A stretch of 64,000 nucleotides of DNA from Phycisphaerales bacterium (GTDB taxonomy: Bacteria > Planctomycetota > Phycisphaerae > WQYP01), in NCBI GenBank assembly GCA_027451365.1, contig DAIDJN010000026.1:31404-95403 (forward strand). The letters are read 5' to 3'. The notes beneath the pieces were generated by a model. The model searched no databases and was not told where the DNA came from. It saw only the letters and a list, made by a program, of their open reading frames with translations. The stretch's first letter is position 1, and each line of letters starts with the position of its first letter. This document shows positions 11,563 through 22,120 of this stretch, piece by piece. A program made the position numbers and the translations under genes.

Positions 11563-12489
11563 CTATTTCATGCGGCTTTCGCGCGAAGCCAGAAAGCCCG
11601 GTAAAGACACATCCAGCGGCACGCTGGTGTCCACCTGCACGTAATCCACATGAAGCTGGTGGCAGGCGGTGCGGATTTCCTCCGTATGGCGGCGCAGTTC
11701 CTCCAGGTATGCTTCACGCAGAGCCTGAGGTTCGACAATAATTTCCGCCGGCGCCTCGATGCCCTTGAACATGGTGGTGGTGCGAAAAGGGAATTCCAGT
11801 TCCTCATGATCAAGCACCTGAAGCACGATCACATCATGCCGCCGATATCGCAAATGACGAATTCCTTTGATCATTTTCGCGGGATCATCAAACAGATCAC
11901 TGATGAAAATAATCAGGCTGCGGTGACGGACTTCCTCGGCCACGGCGTCTAAAATAAGCCCGGCGTCCGTTTTGGCATCGCCCACTGTGGTGGTCAGTTC
12001 ATCAATTAAAATGCGCCACTGTCGCGGGTTGTTGGATGGCCGAATCAGCCGCCGTATTTTGGAATCAAAAATCGCCAGACCCGCGCTGTCCTGCTGGTGC
12101 AGCGCCACATAGGCCATGCTTGCGGCAATGCTGATGGCATGGTCAAACTTTCGCCATTGCGGATTCGCCTCTCCGGCGAAGTTCATGGAAGTGGACGCAT
12201 CCACCACCAGCATCACCTGAAGATTGGTTTCCTCTTCATATTGCTTGATGTAATGCCGATCTGTGCGGCCGAATACTTTCCAGTCAATGTATTTGATGTC
12301 ATCGCCGGTGGAATAGGGCCGATGCTGGGCGAATTCAATTGAAAAGCCCTTGTACGGGGATCGGTGCATTCCGGTCACAAAGCCTTCGACTATCAGCCGG
12401 GCGCGAATATCCAGTGCGCCTATTTTGGCCAGCGTGCGCGGGTCAAGATACCGGCGGTAATCTGTTTTCTGCGCTTCGGGCGTGACCAT
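11563..12489 (-). CDS. DUF58 family protein (VWA-like, MoxR partner)
   Basis: 308 aa. The motifs HRSPYKGFSIEFAQHRPYSTGDDIKYIDWK and MLVVDASTSMNF (DxSxS) are classic for DUF58. It lies directly downstream of MoxR. Confidence 0.9.
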   Translation of the reverse strand: MVTPEAQKTDYRRYLDPRTLAKIGALDIRARLIVEGFVTGMHRSPYKGFSIEFAQHRPYSTGDDIKYIDWKVFGRTDRHYIKQYEEETNLQVMLVVDASTSMNFAGEANPQWRKFDHAISIAASMAYVALHQQDSAGLAIFDSKIRRLIRPSNNPRQWRILIDELTTTVGDAKTDAGLILDAVAEEVRHRSLIIFISDLFDDPAKMIKGIRHLRYRRHDVIVLQVLDHEELEFPFRTTTMFKGIEAPAEIIVEPQALREAYLEELRRHTEEIRTACHQLHVDYVQVDTSVPLDVSLPGFLASRESRMK

Positions 12490-12576
12490 GATGGTGTTCC
12501 TGCGGAAAATTCCAACTGCGGCGGCGAATCAATCGCCAAACTTGACCGGCCCGGCACGCCGTACCCCGTTCGTCGG

Positions 12577-13677
12577 CTAACTCGCCACCGGAGCCTGCGT
12601 GAACACTTTGGGCAGTCCGGCGGTGACGGCCGGACCGTCCGGTTCGCGCGGCGTTTGTTCAATTAACATGCGGATAATGTCATCCGAACGAATTCCTTCG
12701 GCCTCGGCATTGAAGTTGGTCAGGACGCGGTGACGCAGTGTGGGAAACGCCACGTTGCGGATATCTTCCGTGCTGACATGGTACCGGCCGTGCAACAAGG
12801 CCCGTGCCTTGCCCGCCATTACAAGATATTGCGAGGCCCGCGGTCCGGCCCCCCAGGCGACATAATCCTTCACAAATTTCGGCGCATCTTTCTGCGATAC
12901 GCGCGTCTGTCGTGTCAACTTAAGCGCATAACGAATCACATGGTCCGCCACGGGCACCTTGCGCACCAGTTCCTGAAGATTCATGACTTCCTGTGCAGAA
13001 AGCACAGGTTCGATCATGACCTGCCGCGGGGCCGTGGTCAGCCGCACGATATCAAATTCTTCCTGTTCGGTCGGGTAATTCACCAGTACGTTGAACATGA
13101 ACCGGTCCAGCTGCGCTTCAGGCAGCGGATAGGTGCCTTCTTGTTCAATCGGGTTCTGTGTCGCCATCACAAAAAACGGCTCGGGCAGCCGCCGCTGCAC
13201 ACCACCCGCCGTCACCTGATGCTCCTGCATGGCTTCCAGAAGTGCGGCCTGCGTTTTCGGCGGGGTACGGTTGATTTCGTCGGCCAGAACCGCATTGGCA
13301 AATATCGGGCCTTTGACATACCGCAACGACCGCTGGCCGGTGGCGCGGTCTTCTTCAATGACTTCGGTACCTGTAATATCCGAAGGCATCAGATCGGGTG
13401 TGAATTGAATGCGGTTGAAACTTAAATTCAGGGATTTTGCCAGAGTGGAAATGAGCAGCGTTTTGGCGAGGCCCGGCACGCCCACCAGCAGACAGTGGCC
13501 GCGGCAGAACAGCACCACCAGCAGTTCTTCTATCACCTGACTTTGGCCTACAATAACTTTGGCCAGCTCTGTTTTTAGCCGGGCGCAGCTTTCCTGAAGC
13601 TTTTTAACCGCGGCCAATTCATCACTGCTAAGAACCAGATCGGTTGACTGGGGAACATCTGAAGCCGGCTCGGTCAC
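12577..13677 (-). CDS. moxR: MoxR-family AAA+ ATPase
   Basis: 366 aa. [33 protein letters not shown] (Walker A), [22 protein letters not shown] (Walker B / sensor). GTG start preceded by AAGGAG 7 nt upstream. Confidence 0.93.
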   Translation of the reverse strand: MTEPASDVPQSTDLVLSSDELAAVKKLQESCARLKTELAKVIVGQSQVIEELLVVLFCRGHCLLVGVPGLAKTLLISTLAKSLNLSFNRIQFTPDLMPSDITGTEVIEEDRATGQRSLRYVKGPIFANAVLADEINRTPPKTQAALLEAMQEHQVTAGGVQRRLPEPFFVMATQNPIEQEGTYPLPEAQLDRFMFNVLVNYPTEQEEFDIVRLTTAPRQVMIEPVLSAQEVMNLQELVRKVPVADHVIRYALKLTRQTRVSQKDAPKFVKDYVAWGAGPRASQYLVMAGKARALLHGRYHVSTEDIRNVAFPTLRHRVLTNFNAEAEGIRSDDIIRMLIEQTPREPDGPAVTAGLPKVFTQAPVAS

Positions 13678-14318
13678 GTCACGTCTCCTTATTTCTATAT
13701 TGCGCAGACCGGGCGCAGGCCCGGCGGGGAATCTTTCTCCGCTTAGTTTAGTTGCCGGCGGCGGTTTTGTCTTGCGGAATAAAAATTAAACCCGCTTTGG
13801 GTACCCCGCACCGAGCCGCCGGGGCCACCTTCACCTGCGCGCCATTACTTAAATTCAGCGTAACGGTGCAGGGTGCCATTTCCTTTCCCGCAGCGCTGAC
13901 AGGGATGGAAAGTGTTACTGACAACTGAAATAAATTTGTCCCGCGGCCGGTCACCGGCCGAACCCACGCCCGTGGTGGGCACCATCATGCAATTCACCCG
14001 CTCTGCGGCCGCGGAAGAGGCAGGAGGCCAATTCCTGAGTATATTGGGGGGTACCGCATATCGCCGTTTCTTTTTTCGTGACCGGTGCCCAAGGCTCCGC
14101 CGCAGTTTGAAAATACGCCGGACCGCGTGATACGGCAAATCCCTAGCCTGTCTGCCAGAAAAATCCGGATTGCCGTCAGATCGCCAGAGCCTATGCTGCT
14201 AATGAAAGGTCAGGTGACGGCGATGGCCTATCGCCGTGTAACCACCCAGGCCCGCGGCAGGCATGCGTGCGCTATGGCAAACTGGAAATGGCATGCCTTG
14301 AAGCCAAGGAGATTCGTC

Positions 14319-17099
14319 ATGACCGTCGTAGTTGAACCTGGAAATAAAACTGTTGTGGCCACCAGTGTGGATCCTGCCCATGATTTGTGGCATGGCGGCA
14401 AACATCCGCTGCGGCCATTTTTTGCGCCGGGAAATATCGCACTGGTGGGTGCCACGGACCGACCGGGCAGTGTGGGCCGCGCGATATTGCGGAATCTGGT
14501 GGACAGTTCATTCGGCGGGGCGGTGTTTCCGGTGAATCTGAAAAAAGGCAGCGTCATGGGAATTCGCGCTTATCCGCGCCTGAAGGATTTGCCTGAACCG
14601 GCGGATCTGGCCGTCGTGGTAACGCCGGCGGCCGGCGTTCCGCAGACGATCGAAGAATGCGGCAACGCCGGCATCCGCAACGCGGTGGTGATCTCCGCCG
14701 GATTTAAGGAGACCGGACCGGCGGGGGTGGAACTGGAAAAGCAATTGCTGGCCACGGCACGGGCGCAGAATATCCGCATCATCGGGCCGAATTGTCTAGG
14801 GGTCATGTGTCCGCCGGCGGGACTTAACGCCACTTTCGCCCATGCGATGGCGGGGGCTGGAACGGTCGGGTTTATAAGTCAAAGCGGCGCATTGTGCACA
14901 GGCGTACTGGACTGGAGCCTTCGCGAACGGGTAGGATTCAGTGCGTTTATAAGCATCGGTTCAATGCTGGATGTGGACTGGGGAGACCTCATTGACTATT
15001 TGGGAGATGACCCGCGCACGCGCAGCATCGTGATTTATATGGAGAGTATTGGCGACGCCCGGTCGTTTTTGTCCGCCGCGCGCGAAGTAGCGCTATCGAA
15101 ACCAATTATTGTGATCAAGGCCGGTCGCACCGATGCGGCGGCCAAAGCAGCTGCATCGCACACCGGATCGCTGGCCGGCAGCGACGACGCCATGGAAGCG
15201 GCATTCCGCAGGGTGGGTGTGTTGCGCGTGGATACCATAGAGGACCTGTTTGCCATGGCCGATGTGCTGGGCAAGCAGCCGCGCCCGGGGGGCAAACGCC
15301 TGACGATCATCACCAATGCCGGCGGCCCTGGTGTGCTGGCCACCGACGCGCTGGTGCGCGGAGGTGGCGAACTGGCCCAACCTGAAGCCGAAACAATTGC
15401 CCGGCTTAATGAATGCCTTCCCGCCGCATGGAGCCACGGGAATCCAATTGATATTCTGGGCGACGCCGACCCGGCCCGCTACGCACAAAGCCTTCATATC
15501 GCACTTAACGATACGGAATCTGATGGTGTTCTGGTGGTGCTGACCCCCCAGGCCATGACCGACCCCACGCGTACGGCTGATGAATTGCTGGCGGCCGCGG
15601 GCACAACAAAAAAGCCGGTTCTAGCCAGTTGGATGGGTGGTGCCGAAGTGGCCGCCGGCGCACAGCGGTTAAGCGAACGCGGCATTCCGAATTTTTTATA
15701 TCCGGACAGTGCGTCACGCGCTTTTAATTACATGTGGCGATACAGCTATAATCTGCGGGGAATTTATGAAACGCCGATACTGCCTGCGCAAAATCACCGG
15801 GCGGATACGGCCATTGCCGCAGTGGATTTAATAATTAAAAAAGTGCGCGGAGAAGGCCGCGTTATTCTGACGGAATTTGAAGCCAAGGAGGCACTGGCCG
15901 CGTATGGCATTCCGGTGGTGCCGACGCGGATTGCCGAAACCGGCGAGCAGGCGGCCCAATTTGCAGCCGGCATCGGTTTTCCGGTTGTGCTGAAACTTCA
16001 TTCGCACACCATCACCCATAAAACGGAGGTGGGTGGCGTACAGTTGAATCTGCGGTCTGAAGCGAATGTGCGGGACGCATTCAGTCGGATTGCGGATTGC
16101 GTTGCCGAAAAGGCCGGGCGGCAACACTTTCAGGGTGTCACGGTTCAGCCGATGATTCAAACCGATGGTTATGAAATTATTCTGGGCAGCACAGTGGACC
16201 CGCAGCTTGGCCCGGTAATCGTATGCGGAGCCGGCGGGCAACTGGTGGAGGTAATGCGCGACCGCGCCCTGGCTCTGCCGCCGCTGACCAGCACCCTGGC
16301 CCGCCGCATGATGGAACAGACACGCATAGCGCAGGTATTTGCCGGCGTGCGGGGCCGGCCACCGGTGGACACGCGCGCCCTTGAACAACTGATTGTCGGG
16401 TTCAGTCAACTGGTGGTAGGGCATCCGTGGATCCGGGAAATAGATATTAATCCGCTGCTGGTTTCGCATGAACGCATTCTGGCACTGGATGCGCGCATCG
16501 TGCTGCATCCGCTGGAGATGTCGGCCGAACATTTGCCGCGGCCGGCTATCCGCCCCTATCCGGCCCAATACATTCGATCGGTAAGGTCCAATGACGGCCA
16601 AGCGATGACAGTGCGTCCCATCCGTCCGGAAGATGAACCGCTGCTGGTGGAATTTCACCGCCAGCTTTCCGAACGAACCGTGCAATTGCGCTATATGGGT
16701 ACGCTGGGCTTTGACGCCCGGACCATGCACGACCGACTGATCCGCCGTTGCTTTAATGATTATGACCGTGAAATTGCGCTGGTGCTGGAATACCAGGACC
16801 CGGCCACGCGGGCACCGGCCATTGTCGGCGTGGGGCGCCTGAGCCGTAAGGCCGCGGCGACCACCGCGCAAGTTTCCATGCTGATAGCCGATGCCTGGCA
16901 GAACCGCGGACTGGGAACCCGTCTGCTGGAAGCGATGCTGGATGTGGCAAAACAGGAGCGGATGACTCGGCTGGTTGCTGAAATTCTTCCGGGCAATTTT
17001 CCGATGCAGCGGCTGGTCGGCAAACTGGGTTTTACCGTTTCCAGTTCACCCGCTGGCGACCCGGTGATCGCGTCGCTGGATTTGCCAACCACGGACTGA
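14319..17099 (+). CDS. pat: Pat-like protein acetyltransferase (ADP-forming acetyl-CoA synthetase-like domains fused to a C-terminal GNAT)
   Basis: ORF 14085..17099. CoA-binding motif ([22 protein letters not shown]), succinyl-CoA-synthetase-like and ATP-grasp regions, and a C-terminal GNAT ([19 protein letters not shown]). Start moved to ATG 14319 (MTVVVEPG), which has AAGGAG 7 nt upstream. Confidence 0.88.
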   Translation: MTVVVEPGNKTVVATSVDPAHDLWHGGKHPLRPFFAPGNIALVGATDRPGSVGRAILRNLVDSSFGGAVFPVNLKKGSVMGIRAYPRLKDLPEPADLAVVVTPAAGVPQTIEECGNAGIRNAVVISAGFKETGPAGVELEKQLLATARAQNIRIIGPNCLGVMCPPAGLNATFAHAMAGAGTVGFISQSGALCTGVLDWSLRERVGFSAFISIGSMLDVDWGDLIDYLGDDPRTRSIVIYMESIGDARSFLSAAREVALSKPIIVIKAGRTDAAAKAAASHTGSLAGSDDAMEAAFRRVGVLRVDTIEDLFAMADVLGKQPRPGGKRLTIITNAGGPGVLATDALVRGGGELAQPEAETIARLNECLPAAWSHGNPIDILGDADPARYAQSLHIALNDTESDGVLVVLTPQAMTDPTRTADELLAAAGTTKKPVLASWMGGAEVAAGAQRLSERGIPNFLYPDSASRAFNYMWRYSYNLRGIYETPILPAQNHRADTAIAAVDLIIKKVRGEGRVILTEFEAKEALAAYGIPVVPTRIAETGEQAAQFAAGIGFPVVLKLHSHTITHKTEVGGVQLNLRSEANVRDAFSRIADCVAEKAGRQHFQGVTVQPMIQTDGYEIILGSTVDPQLGPVIVCGAGGQLVEVMRDRALALPPLTSTLARRMMEQTRIAQVFAGVRGRPPVDTRALEQLIVGFSQLVVGHPWIREIDINPLLVSHERILALDARIVLHPLEMSAEHLPRPAIRPYPAQYIRSVRSNDGQAMTVRPIRPEDEPLLVEFHRQLSERTVQLRYMGTLGFDARTMHDRLIRRCFNDYDREIALVLEYQDPATRAPAIVGVGRLSRKAAATTAQVSMLIADAWQNRGLGTRLLEAMLDVAKQERMTRLVAEILPGNFPMQRLVGKLGFTVSSSPAGDPVIASLDLPTTD

Positions 17100-17381
17100 A
17101 TTCAGACTGCGCCTGAACCGGTAAGTCCAGGGAATGATCGGGCATCGCAAGGATATCCGTGTGGCCGCGCCCGGGCATTTGCGTGAGAAGCGATAGCCGC
17201 TGCAAGGCAACCCTGGTGCTCTGTTGCAGCCATAAATCAGGATAGACAGGGCACGGGTGCTCAAGCATTAAGATGGAGCGCTTTGATGGTCACAAAATAA
17301 CGGGGCGTCATGAGGAGCCGGGACAGACCTGCGTCTGGCGGAAGCGAAGTCCGGCAGGTCAATAGGACAACGTCCGCGAAG

Positions 17382-18113
17382 TTAATCTTCATCGTCTTCA
17401 GATGATTCCCGATCGGCCAGTTCGCCGACCGCTTCCCGACCGACCAGGCCACTTTCCAGCATTCGGGCATATTCAATGCAGTATTTGGCCCAGGGTGTGG
17501 CTTCCAGACGGGCGCGGCTGATGATTTTGCCGGTTCCGGCGCAGACGCCATAGGTGCCATCTTCAATGCGGCCGATGGCTTCGTGAATTTCCCGCAACAT
17601 CTGGCGTTCGCTTTCGATCAGGCCAAGTGTGAATTCCTGCTCGAAATTATCAGTGCCGACATCGGCCATGTGCATGGGACTGGATGAATGGTTGTCCTGA
17701 TTTTTGAACGCCTCGTTTTCCATCGAGCCGACATCACCGAGAATTTCCCGCCGTTTTTCCAGAAGCAATTCACGAAAATGTTCCAGATCGGCCTTGGTGA
17801 GTTTCGGTTCCACATGCACTGTTTTCCCGTTCACCGGGCCAACTGGGAGGTGGGCACGTTTAAGAATGGCACCTTTGCCATTCACAGAAGCCTTTCCCGC
17901 TTTACTGGCGGCCTTCACCTGTGAACCGCGCGGCTGTGACGCAGCTTTTCGCACTTTGGCAACGCGCACACGTGGATTGGATTTGACTGGTTTGGCGGCC
18001 CGACCAACTGATTTAACGGATGCCGTCTTGCGAACTGGCTTGGATCCGTTTTTGATCGACGCCTTTGCCCGCCGGGAGAGTTTGCCGGTAGCGAGCTTGT
18101 GTTTGACTGCCAT
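17382..18113 (-). CDS. DksA/TraR-family protein with a lysine-rich N-terminal extension and a two-Cys finger
   Basis: 243 aa. The C-terminal half matches DksA (LEHFRELLLEKRREIL..., DNFEQEFTLGLIESERQMLREIHEAIGRIEDGTYGVC...RLEATPWAKYC). The first 100 aa or so are K/R/A-rich. Confidence 0.85.
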   Translation of the reverse strand: MAVKHKLATGKLSRRAKASIKNGSKPVRKTASVKSVGRAAKPVKSNPRVRVAKVRKAASQPRGSQVKAASKAGKASVNGKGAILKRAHLPVGPVNGKTVHVEPKLTKADLEHFRELLLEKRREILGDVGSMENEAFKNQDNHSSSPMHMADVGTDNFEQEFTLGLIESERQMLREIHEAIGRIEDGTYGVCAGTGKIISRARLEATPWAKYCIEYARMLESGLVGREAVGELADRESSEDDED

Positions 18114-18218
18114 GGAGACTCCAACAACGTTTATGTTCGCTTTTGATCAACAGACTTTACGGGAAGTCCTTTTTCCACCACCCGCCCCGCCGATCCGCGG
18201 AATCGGGCAAGATTGGGT

Positions 18219-18247
18219 AGAATATCGGCTTTCGGAATTCAAGTCAA
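18219..18247 (-). promoter_or_regulatory. Candidate sigma70-like promoter for the dksA-like gene
   Basis: Minus strand reads TTGACT (18247-18242), a 17-nt spacer, then TATTCT (18224-18219). It lies about 100 nt upstream of the start at 18113. Confidence 0.4.
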
Positions 18248-18487
18248 TTGATTCTTTTTGAAATTTCGGACGAAAGAGGTCAAAAAAACGCCCATACGGA
18301 CAAGGAACGCGGGGTGGCGCATGTTCGGCTCGGCATGGACGCCCCATCGGCAGCGGCTCGCGATCCGGTCTTTGGTGAGAACAGCCCGGGCTGGCAAAAT
18401 GAATCTTCCATGGCCACGGTTATCAGACGTTGTCACACCCACCCCAAGCGAAATCAGGCCCACGCGAAATCGGGCGATTTGCGGCGT

Positions 18488-19606
18488 CTATTTTTTTTCA
18501 AGGAGGCCAGTGGTGCGCCGAATCATTAATTCTGACTTGCTGATAACCTCATGAACCGGCGCTTTTTCCGGCTGGCCGATCAGACGTTGTGCGGCGACAC
18601 AGGCATACCTGCCAAGCTCGCGAACAGGCTCGGCCACGGTGGTCAGTCCGATGCGACTGTGGCCGGTCATGGGCAAATTCCCCAAGCTGACAACGCCGAC
18701 ATCTTCCGGCACGCGAATGCCCATGGCATCCAGCCGTTCCAGCACAGCCAGCGCCAGCCCGTCGTTCCCGACGAACAGCCCGTCCGGGTGGCGCTCACCG
18801 GGCGAGAAAAGCTTTTTCAGAGGTTCCAGGGCCTGCTCAATGTTAAAATCAGACGGGTATTGCACAATCCATTTCGGATGAATGATGACGGAATGATCCT
18901 TCAGCGTACGAATCAGCATGTCCATACACGCGGCATGCATGGCCAGCGGGTAATGCTGCCCGAGGTACGCCACATTGCGGTGGCCGCTTTGCACCAGGTG
19001 AGCTGTGGCGAGCCGCGCCGCTTCGCTGCGGTTCCAGACCACATGGCTTACTTCCGGGCAATCCAGCGGATAGTCGCCCACAAATACCAGCGGAATGCCC
19101 GCATTCAACACTCGTTCATAGACATGCCTCTGCCCGGCCAGCGGCTGGCAGATCACCGCATCGTCCCGCCGTTCAATTGCCGCCGCAAGTTCGCGCTCCT
19201 GGCGTTCCGGACTGCCAACGTGCACGCCGATAAATGGTGTATAGCGGCGGACATCCAGACTTTCATACAAGCCCTGCAGCAACCAGTCGCACCAGTTATA
19301 AGCCAGATTGGCCACGATCAGGGATATGACACCCGAATGCTGCCGCCGCAGGCTTTGGGCCATCCGGTTTGGAACGTAGTTGAGCTTTTTCGCGGCTTCC
19401 TCCACCCGCCGGGCGGTGGCCGGGGAAATACGGAATCTTTGTGCCTCGCCGCGAAGCACCGTGGAAACCGTGTTCTTGGAAAGTCCGAGCTTTTTGGCCA
19501 GGTCGTCCGCTGTTGGCGGCCGGGGCCGCCGGACAATCCGCAATGGAGCCGGATTACCCGCGGGCGACGGGCCATCGGGGATGGTCGAATCAGGTCGATT
19601 GCTCAT
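18488..19606 (-). CDS. LacI-family transcriptional regulator
   Basis: 372 aa. HTH motif DLAKKLGLSKNTVSTVLRG...VEEAAKKLNYVPNRMAQSLR, followed by a periplasmic-binding-protein-like sugar-binding fold. Confidence 0.9.
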   Translation of the reverse strand: MSNRPDSTIPDGPSPAGNPAPLRIVRRPRPPTADDLAKKLGLSKNTVSTVLRGEAQRFRISPATARRVEEAAKKLNYVPNRMAQSLRRQHSGVISLIVANLAYNWCDWLLQGLYESLDVRRYTPFIGVHVGSPERQERELAAAIERRDDAVICQPLAGQRHVYERVLNAGIPLVFVGDYPLDCPEVSHVVWNRSEAARLATAHLVQSGHRNVAYLGQHYPLAMHAACMDMLIRTLKDHSVIIHPKWIVQYPSDFNIEQALEPLKKLFSPGERHPDGLFVGNDGLALAVLERLDAMGIRVPEDVGVVSLGNLPMTGHSRIGLTTVAEPVRELGRYACVAAQRLIGQPEKAPVHEVISKSELMIRRTTGLLEKK

Positions 19607-19915
19607 ACACTAGCTCCATATACATATATAGTCTTAAATTTCATTACGGGTGGACTGTTCCGCGGACAATCGTATTCCGGCTTCCTCCAGCCCGGACGAC
19701 CCCGCCACCGCATCGGATTGGCCGCCGGTTTCACCGAACGCCCCGCGCCAGCGTGCACAAACAGGAAACATTGTGACGTATTTTCCGCTGTTTGCAACTG
19801 CAATGGAACTCTCAACATGCGGTTTTCTTCGATATTTTGTCATGCAGTTTGTACAGCAAGGCGCTGTGATATGGTCCGGCAAACCGCCCCGAATCCCTGT
19901 GGGCGGAGCCTGAGG

Positions 19916-20719
19916 TCAGGAATTATCCGGACGCGACCGGCGAACCGGAAATGCCGGATTCCGATTCCTTTTTATTTTTAACGGCTTCACGGGACCAAGA
20001 AGTTCATCCAGATCCAGGCCGGTAAGGTCCGGCGTGTGAGGCATAACGGATTTTTCTGGCTGGAGTGGTGTTTTTTTTGCCCTGTGGCGGCGGACCGATT
20101 CGCCGGGTGCATCGGGTGCGGCGCTTCGAGTGGATTCTTCCGCTCCGGCTTCGGGCGCTTGCGGCACTTCGGCGGAGGTTTGTGTACCGGCAAAGCCGAA
20201 CTGCTCCAGCCAGTAACGGGTGTTCGGCGACATAGTATCCCCACCGGGTGACCTGCCGGCCGGCGGAGCCTTTTGCACGCCGGCCACCCGTGGCGCGGGT
20301 TTTCCACCACCTTTGGATTTGCCGCTTCCAGCCCCCTGCCGTCGCAACAAGTCGCGCAGAAATGCCTCGGCGGTTTCCGCGATCACACGTTCGCCGCGAG
20401 CCTGATGCAATACAGCTTTGTCCGAGCTGACCACACGCAGGCCGCGTCCGGTCGGATTGCGGTCGCGGAATTCGCGCACCAGCCGGGCTATCATGGGGTC
20501 GGCCTTGGCGCCGCTGCCCGGGAAAACAAAATTTAGATCGGGAAATTCATCCGCGTGAGGTTCGTTCGGCTTGCGCACGCCATCCATGACCAGAACAATT
20601 TTACCCTGGGCATGGCCGCACCACTGGCACAAAGTTCGCAGCGACACCGGGCCGCCGCCATCCAGAAGTTTACCCGCCGCATAAAGGCAGTTATATGCAT
20701 CTACAATTGTAACCATCAC
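19916..20719 (-). CDS. NYN/YacP-like (DUF901) predicted RNA-binding nuclease-fold protein with a disordered tail
   Basis: 267 aa. Its pattern parallels YacP: IVDAYNCLY, KIVLVMDG, FVFPGSGAKADPMIARLV, LRVVSSDKAV. Low-complexity C-terminal half. Confidence 0.6.
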   Translation of the reverse strand: MMVTIVDAYNCLYAAGKLLDGGGPVSLRTLCQWCGHAQGKIVLVMDGVRKPNEPHADEFPDLNFVFPGSGAKADPMIARLVREFRDRNPTGRGLRVVSSDKAVLHQARGERVIAETAEAFLRDLLRRQGAGSGKSKGGGKPAPRVAGVQKAPPAGRSPGGDTMSPNTRYWLEQFGFAGTQTSAEVPQAPEAGAEESTRSAAPDAPGESVRRHRAKKTPLQPEKSVMPHTPDLTGLDLDELLGPVKPLKIKRNRNPAFPVRRSRPDNS

Positions 20720-20824
20720 AATTGCTCGCGCGTTTCAGCGGGTTAAGTCGCTCCGGCGGGCCGACCGGAATTTTCCGGCCGGGATCAGGGGCGAACATTA
20801 TTGCGGCATCCGGCCTTCTGCGGG

Positions 20825-22120
20825 TCAAACACCCGCATGATAAACCACATGGCCGCCTTTAATTGTATACCGCACCCGGCCACGGAGCGGCCGGCCGGCA
20901 AACGGCGTGTTGTGGCTGCGGCTTTGCGTGTTTTGGGCTGTTAAAGTCCAGATTTCATCCGGATTAAAAACTGTAATATCCGCCACCATTCCGCGCCCCA
21001 AAGTTCCGCGGTCGGTCCGGCGGATGATGCGGGCGGGATTCACCGTCATTTTTTCAATCAGCTTCAGCCAGGAAAGTTTTCCGCTGTGCACCAGCGCCTC
21101 GGCATACAGCGGTAGTGCGGTTTCCAGGCCGGTAATACCGAAGGGGGCTTTATCAAATTCCAGGTCTTTTTCTTCGCGGGCGTGCGGGGCGTGGTCGGTG
21201 GCCAGACAATCTATAGTGCCGTCCACCACGCCTTGAATACATGCGGCCACATCCGCCTGGCCGCGCAGAGGCGGGTTCATTTTAAAGTGCGTGTTATAGT
21301 CATTGCAGGCCTCATCGGTCAGCAGCAGGTGATGCGGCGCAACTTCCGCGGTGACTGCCTGTCCATTTTGGCGTGCCTGCCGCACAAGGTCTACCGCACC
21401 GGCGGTGCTGATATGCTGAACATGGTATCGAGCGCCAATGCGTCGGTTAAGTTGCAGATCACGGGCAATCATCAGTTCTTCAGCGACTGCCGGTATTCCG
21501 CCAAGCCCCAGCCGCAACGCGACCGTGCCGGCATTCATGGAACCGCCGCCAAGCGCAGGCTCTTCACAATGCTGACTGATTAAGGCATCAATCATTTTGA
21601 CATATTGCAGGGCCTTGGCCATGACCGCCGCGGAAGCCACACCCACACCATCATCACTGAAGCCAACGGCACCGGCTTCGTGCATCAGCATAATTTCCGC
21701 CAGCTCCGCCCCTTGGCGTCCCTTGGTTATCGCCCCGAAAGGAAATACATCACACAAGCCGGCCTTTCCCGCCTGGGTCAGAACAAATTCAATCTGTGTG
21801 TCTGTATCCAGTGCCGGCGTGGTGTTGGGCATGCAGCAGACAGTCGTGAATCCGCCGGCTACCGCGGCGTGCGAACCGGTGGCGATTGTTTCCTTATATT
21901 CCTGGCCCGGTTCGCGAAAATGAACGTGAATGTCCAATAGACCGGGCGAAACAAAGCAGCCTGCGGCATCCAACACACGGGCATCGGGCGCGGCCGTGCG
22001 CAAACCAGACCCGGCGGCGGCAATGTGCCCGTCCACAAGCAGCAGGTCCTCCTTGCGTTCCCGCAGGGCAATCGGGTCCAGAAGAGTGCCATTGATAATA
22101 AGAAGCTGGTCTGGATTCAT
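20825..22120 (-). CDS. pyrC: Dihydroorotase
   Basis: ORF 20825..22150. Motifs GLLDIHVHFREPG, DCLATDHAPH and FGITGLET. ATG 22120 (MNPDQLLIINGTLLDP) chosen as the start. Confidence 0.93.
   Translation of the reverse strand: MNPDQLLIINGTLLDPIALRERKEDLLLVDGHIAAAGSGLRTAAPDARVLDAAGCFVSPGLLDIHVHFREPGQEYKETIATGSHAAVAGGFTTVCCMPNTTPALDTDTQIEFVLTQAGKAGLCDVFPFGAITKGRQGAELAEIMLMHEAGAVGFSDDGVGVASAAVMAKALQYVKMIDALISQHCEEPALGGGSMNAGTVALRLGLGGIPAVAEELMIARDLQLNRRIGARYHVQHISTAGAVDLVRQARQNGQAVTAEVAPHHLLLTDEACNDYNTHFKMNPPLRGQADVAACIQGVVDGTIDCLATDHAPHAREEKDLEFDKAPFGITGLETALPLYAEALVHSGKLSWLKLIEKMTVNPARIIRRTDRGTLGRGMVADITVFNPDEIWTLTAQNTQSRSHNTPFAGRPLRGRVRYTIKGGHVVYHAGV

Noticed and set aside
13748-13954. 68-aa minus-strand ORF just upstream of moxR, which could be a first operon gene
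   Set aside because: It has a GTG start with no SD, no recognisable motif, and no compositional signal distinguishing it from noise. It cannot be supported without conservation or expression data.
15828-16871. 347-aa minus-strand ORF inside the Pat-like gene
   Set aside because: It is fully antisense to a gene with strong motifs. The translation is R/H/Q/G-rich low complexity, typical of shadow ORFs in GC-rich DNA.
17335-17360. GAAGTCCGGC string reminiscent of the RNase P RNA GGAAAGUCCGGGC core
   Set aside because: The match is imperfect. The intergenic space (about 280 nt) is too short for RNase P RNA, and the other conserved element (ACAGAACCCGGCUUA-like) is absent.
19792-19803. TTGCA-AC-TGCAA palindrome upstream of the LacI-family gene as a possible operator
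   Set aside because: The arms are only 5 bp, it lacks the central CG typical of LacI-family operators, and it lies about 190 nt from the start codon.
18551-19981. 476-aa plus-strand ORF
   Set aside because: It is antisense to the well-supported LacI regulator and runs through the intergenic region. The composition is R/H/P-rich and no motif is present.
20765-20790. CCGGA-attt-TCCGG hairpin between pyrC and the NYN gene as a terminator
   Set aside because: The stem is short and interrupted, and no U tract follows on the transcribed (minus) strand.
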